Shown piece by piece: positions 63,346-64,000 of a DNA stretch of 64,000 nucleotides. Positions within the stretch are counted from its first letter, which is position 1; each line of letters begins with the position of its first letter. Source of the stretch: Felis catus (taxonomy: Eukaryota). The position numbers and the translations under genes were made by a program. The DNA lies in contig NC_058368.1 of NCBI RefSeq assembly GCF_018350175.1, positions 163,992,001 through 164,056,000 on the forward strand. The letters are read 5' to 3'. A model generated the notes under the pieces. That model was not told the DNA's origin, did no database searches, and saw only the letters and a list, made by a program, of their open reading frames with translations.

Positions 63346-64000
63346 AATATTTTAAAGCAGATGAACGCCTGCACACTTGAAGCAATGGTGGGGAGTTAAT
63401 GTGTCTCTCACACTTTTCCCTTAATGTGTCTCTCACCCATTTCTTAGTTTCTCCTGCTGAGACAATTCTGTAGACACTAGTCCCCTCCTCCTGTAATTTA
63501 AAACCCACTAATCTGACCTGAAGACACAGGTAAACCCATAAACAGGTAATGAAAGGAACAGTGGGACCCAGAGGAGGCATGTATTTTTCCTGGTTGGTTT
63601 GGATCATTATTTCATTGTGATTCCAATCATTATTCTTTGGATATGGGACCCTGTCACTAACTACCCTCATTCCTCCCATTATCTCACAAAATACCACAAA
63701 ATTATGTTCAACTGTAAGCTTAACGTTTCTAGCCTAAACCACTTCCCTGAGCTCTGAACTTCTTTATCTAGTTGCCTACCAATCATGCTCTTTGTGTGGC
63801 TTATAGAAGTCTCATAAAATGGTGGGAAGAAAGAAGTCATTACACAAAGCAGATGTGTACTTATACTGAACTTAAGAGAAACTGTGTTATAGTAGCCAGT
63901 AACGTAAACATGTTGGACCTGGTAATTTGACTAAAGCAAAACATCATCAGACATTATGTTAAATTAATATTAATTTTAATTTATTGATTTTATATCTTTG

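Noticed and set aside
63269..63697. 142-aa minus-strand ORF
   Set aside because: No recognisable homology; runs into an L1 3' fragment; no supporting gene structure.

Overview
AT-rich mammalian non-coding DNA, almost certainly from a felid/feliform carnivore. The evidence is 26 tRNA-derived CanSINE copies, most carrying the feliform 'gagcctggagcctgcttcggattctgtgtctc' segment, plus L1_Fc-type 3' ends. I recognise no protein-coding gene, RNA gene or prokaryotic system. The long ORFs in the track come from SINEs, L1, LTRs and microsatellites, or are chance ORFs; the only real protein homologies are a dead L1 ORF2 C-terminus and a decayed hAT transposase C-terminal fragment. The window reads as a large intron or gene desert filled with CanSINEs (many with clear TSDs), young and old L1 fragments (mostly minus strand), L2/MIR relics, MaLR/ERVL LTRs and hAT MERs, separated by repeat-poor blocks that may be conserved enhancers. 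The most notable observations are a 251-bp near-perfect tandem duplication (28794-29296), a tiny L1 insertion with an apparent 3' transduction inside an MLT LTR, a TSD-less SINE abutting a truncated LTR (probable deletion), repeated SINE insertion at one target site, and a candidate minus-strand CCAAT/GC-box promoter with short first exon plus a candidate internal exon. Repeat subfamily names are recalled from consensus sequences and the boundaries of old repeats are approximate. I found no convincing new biological system.
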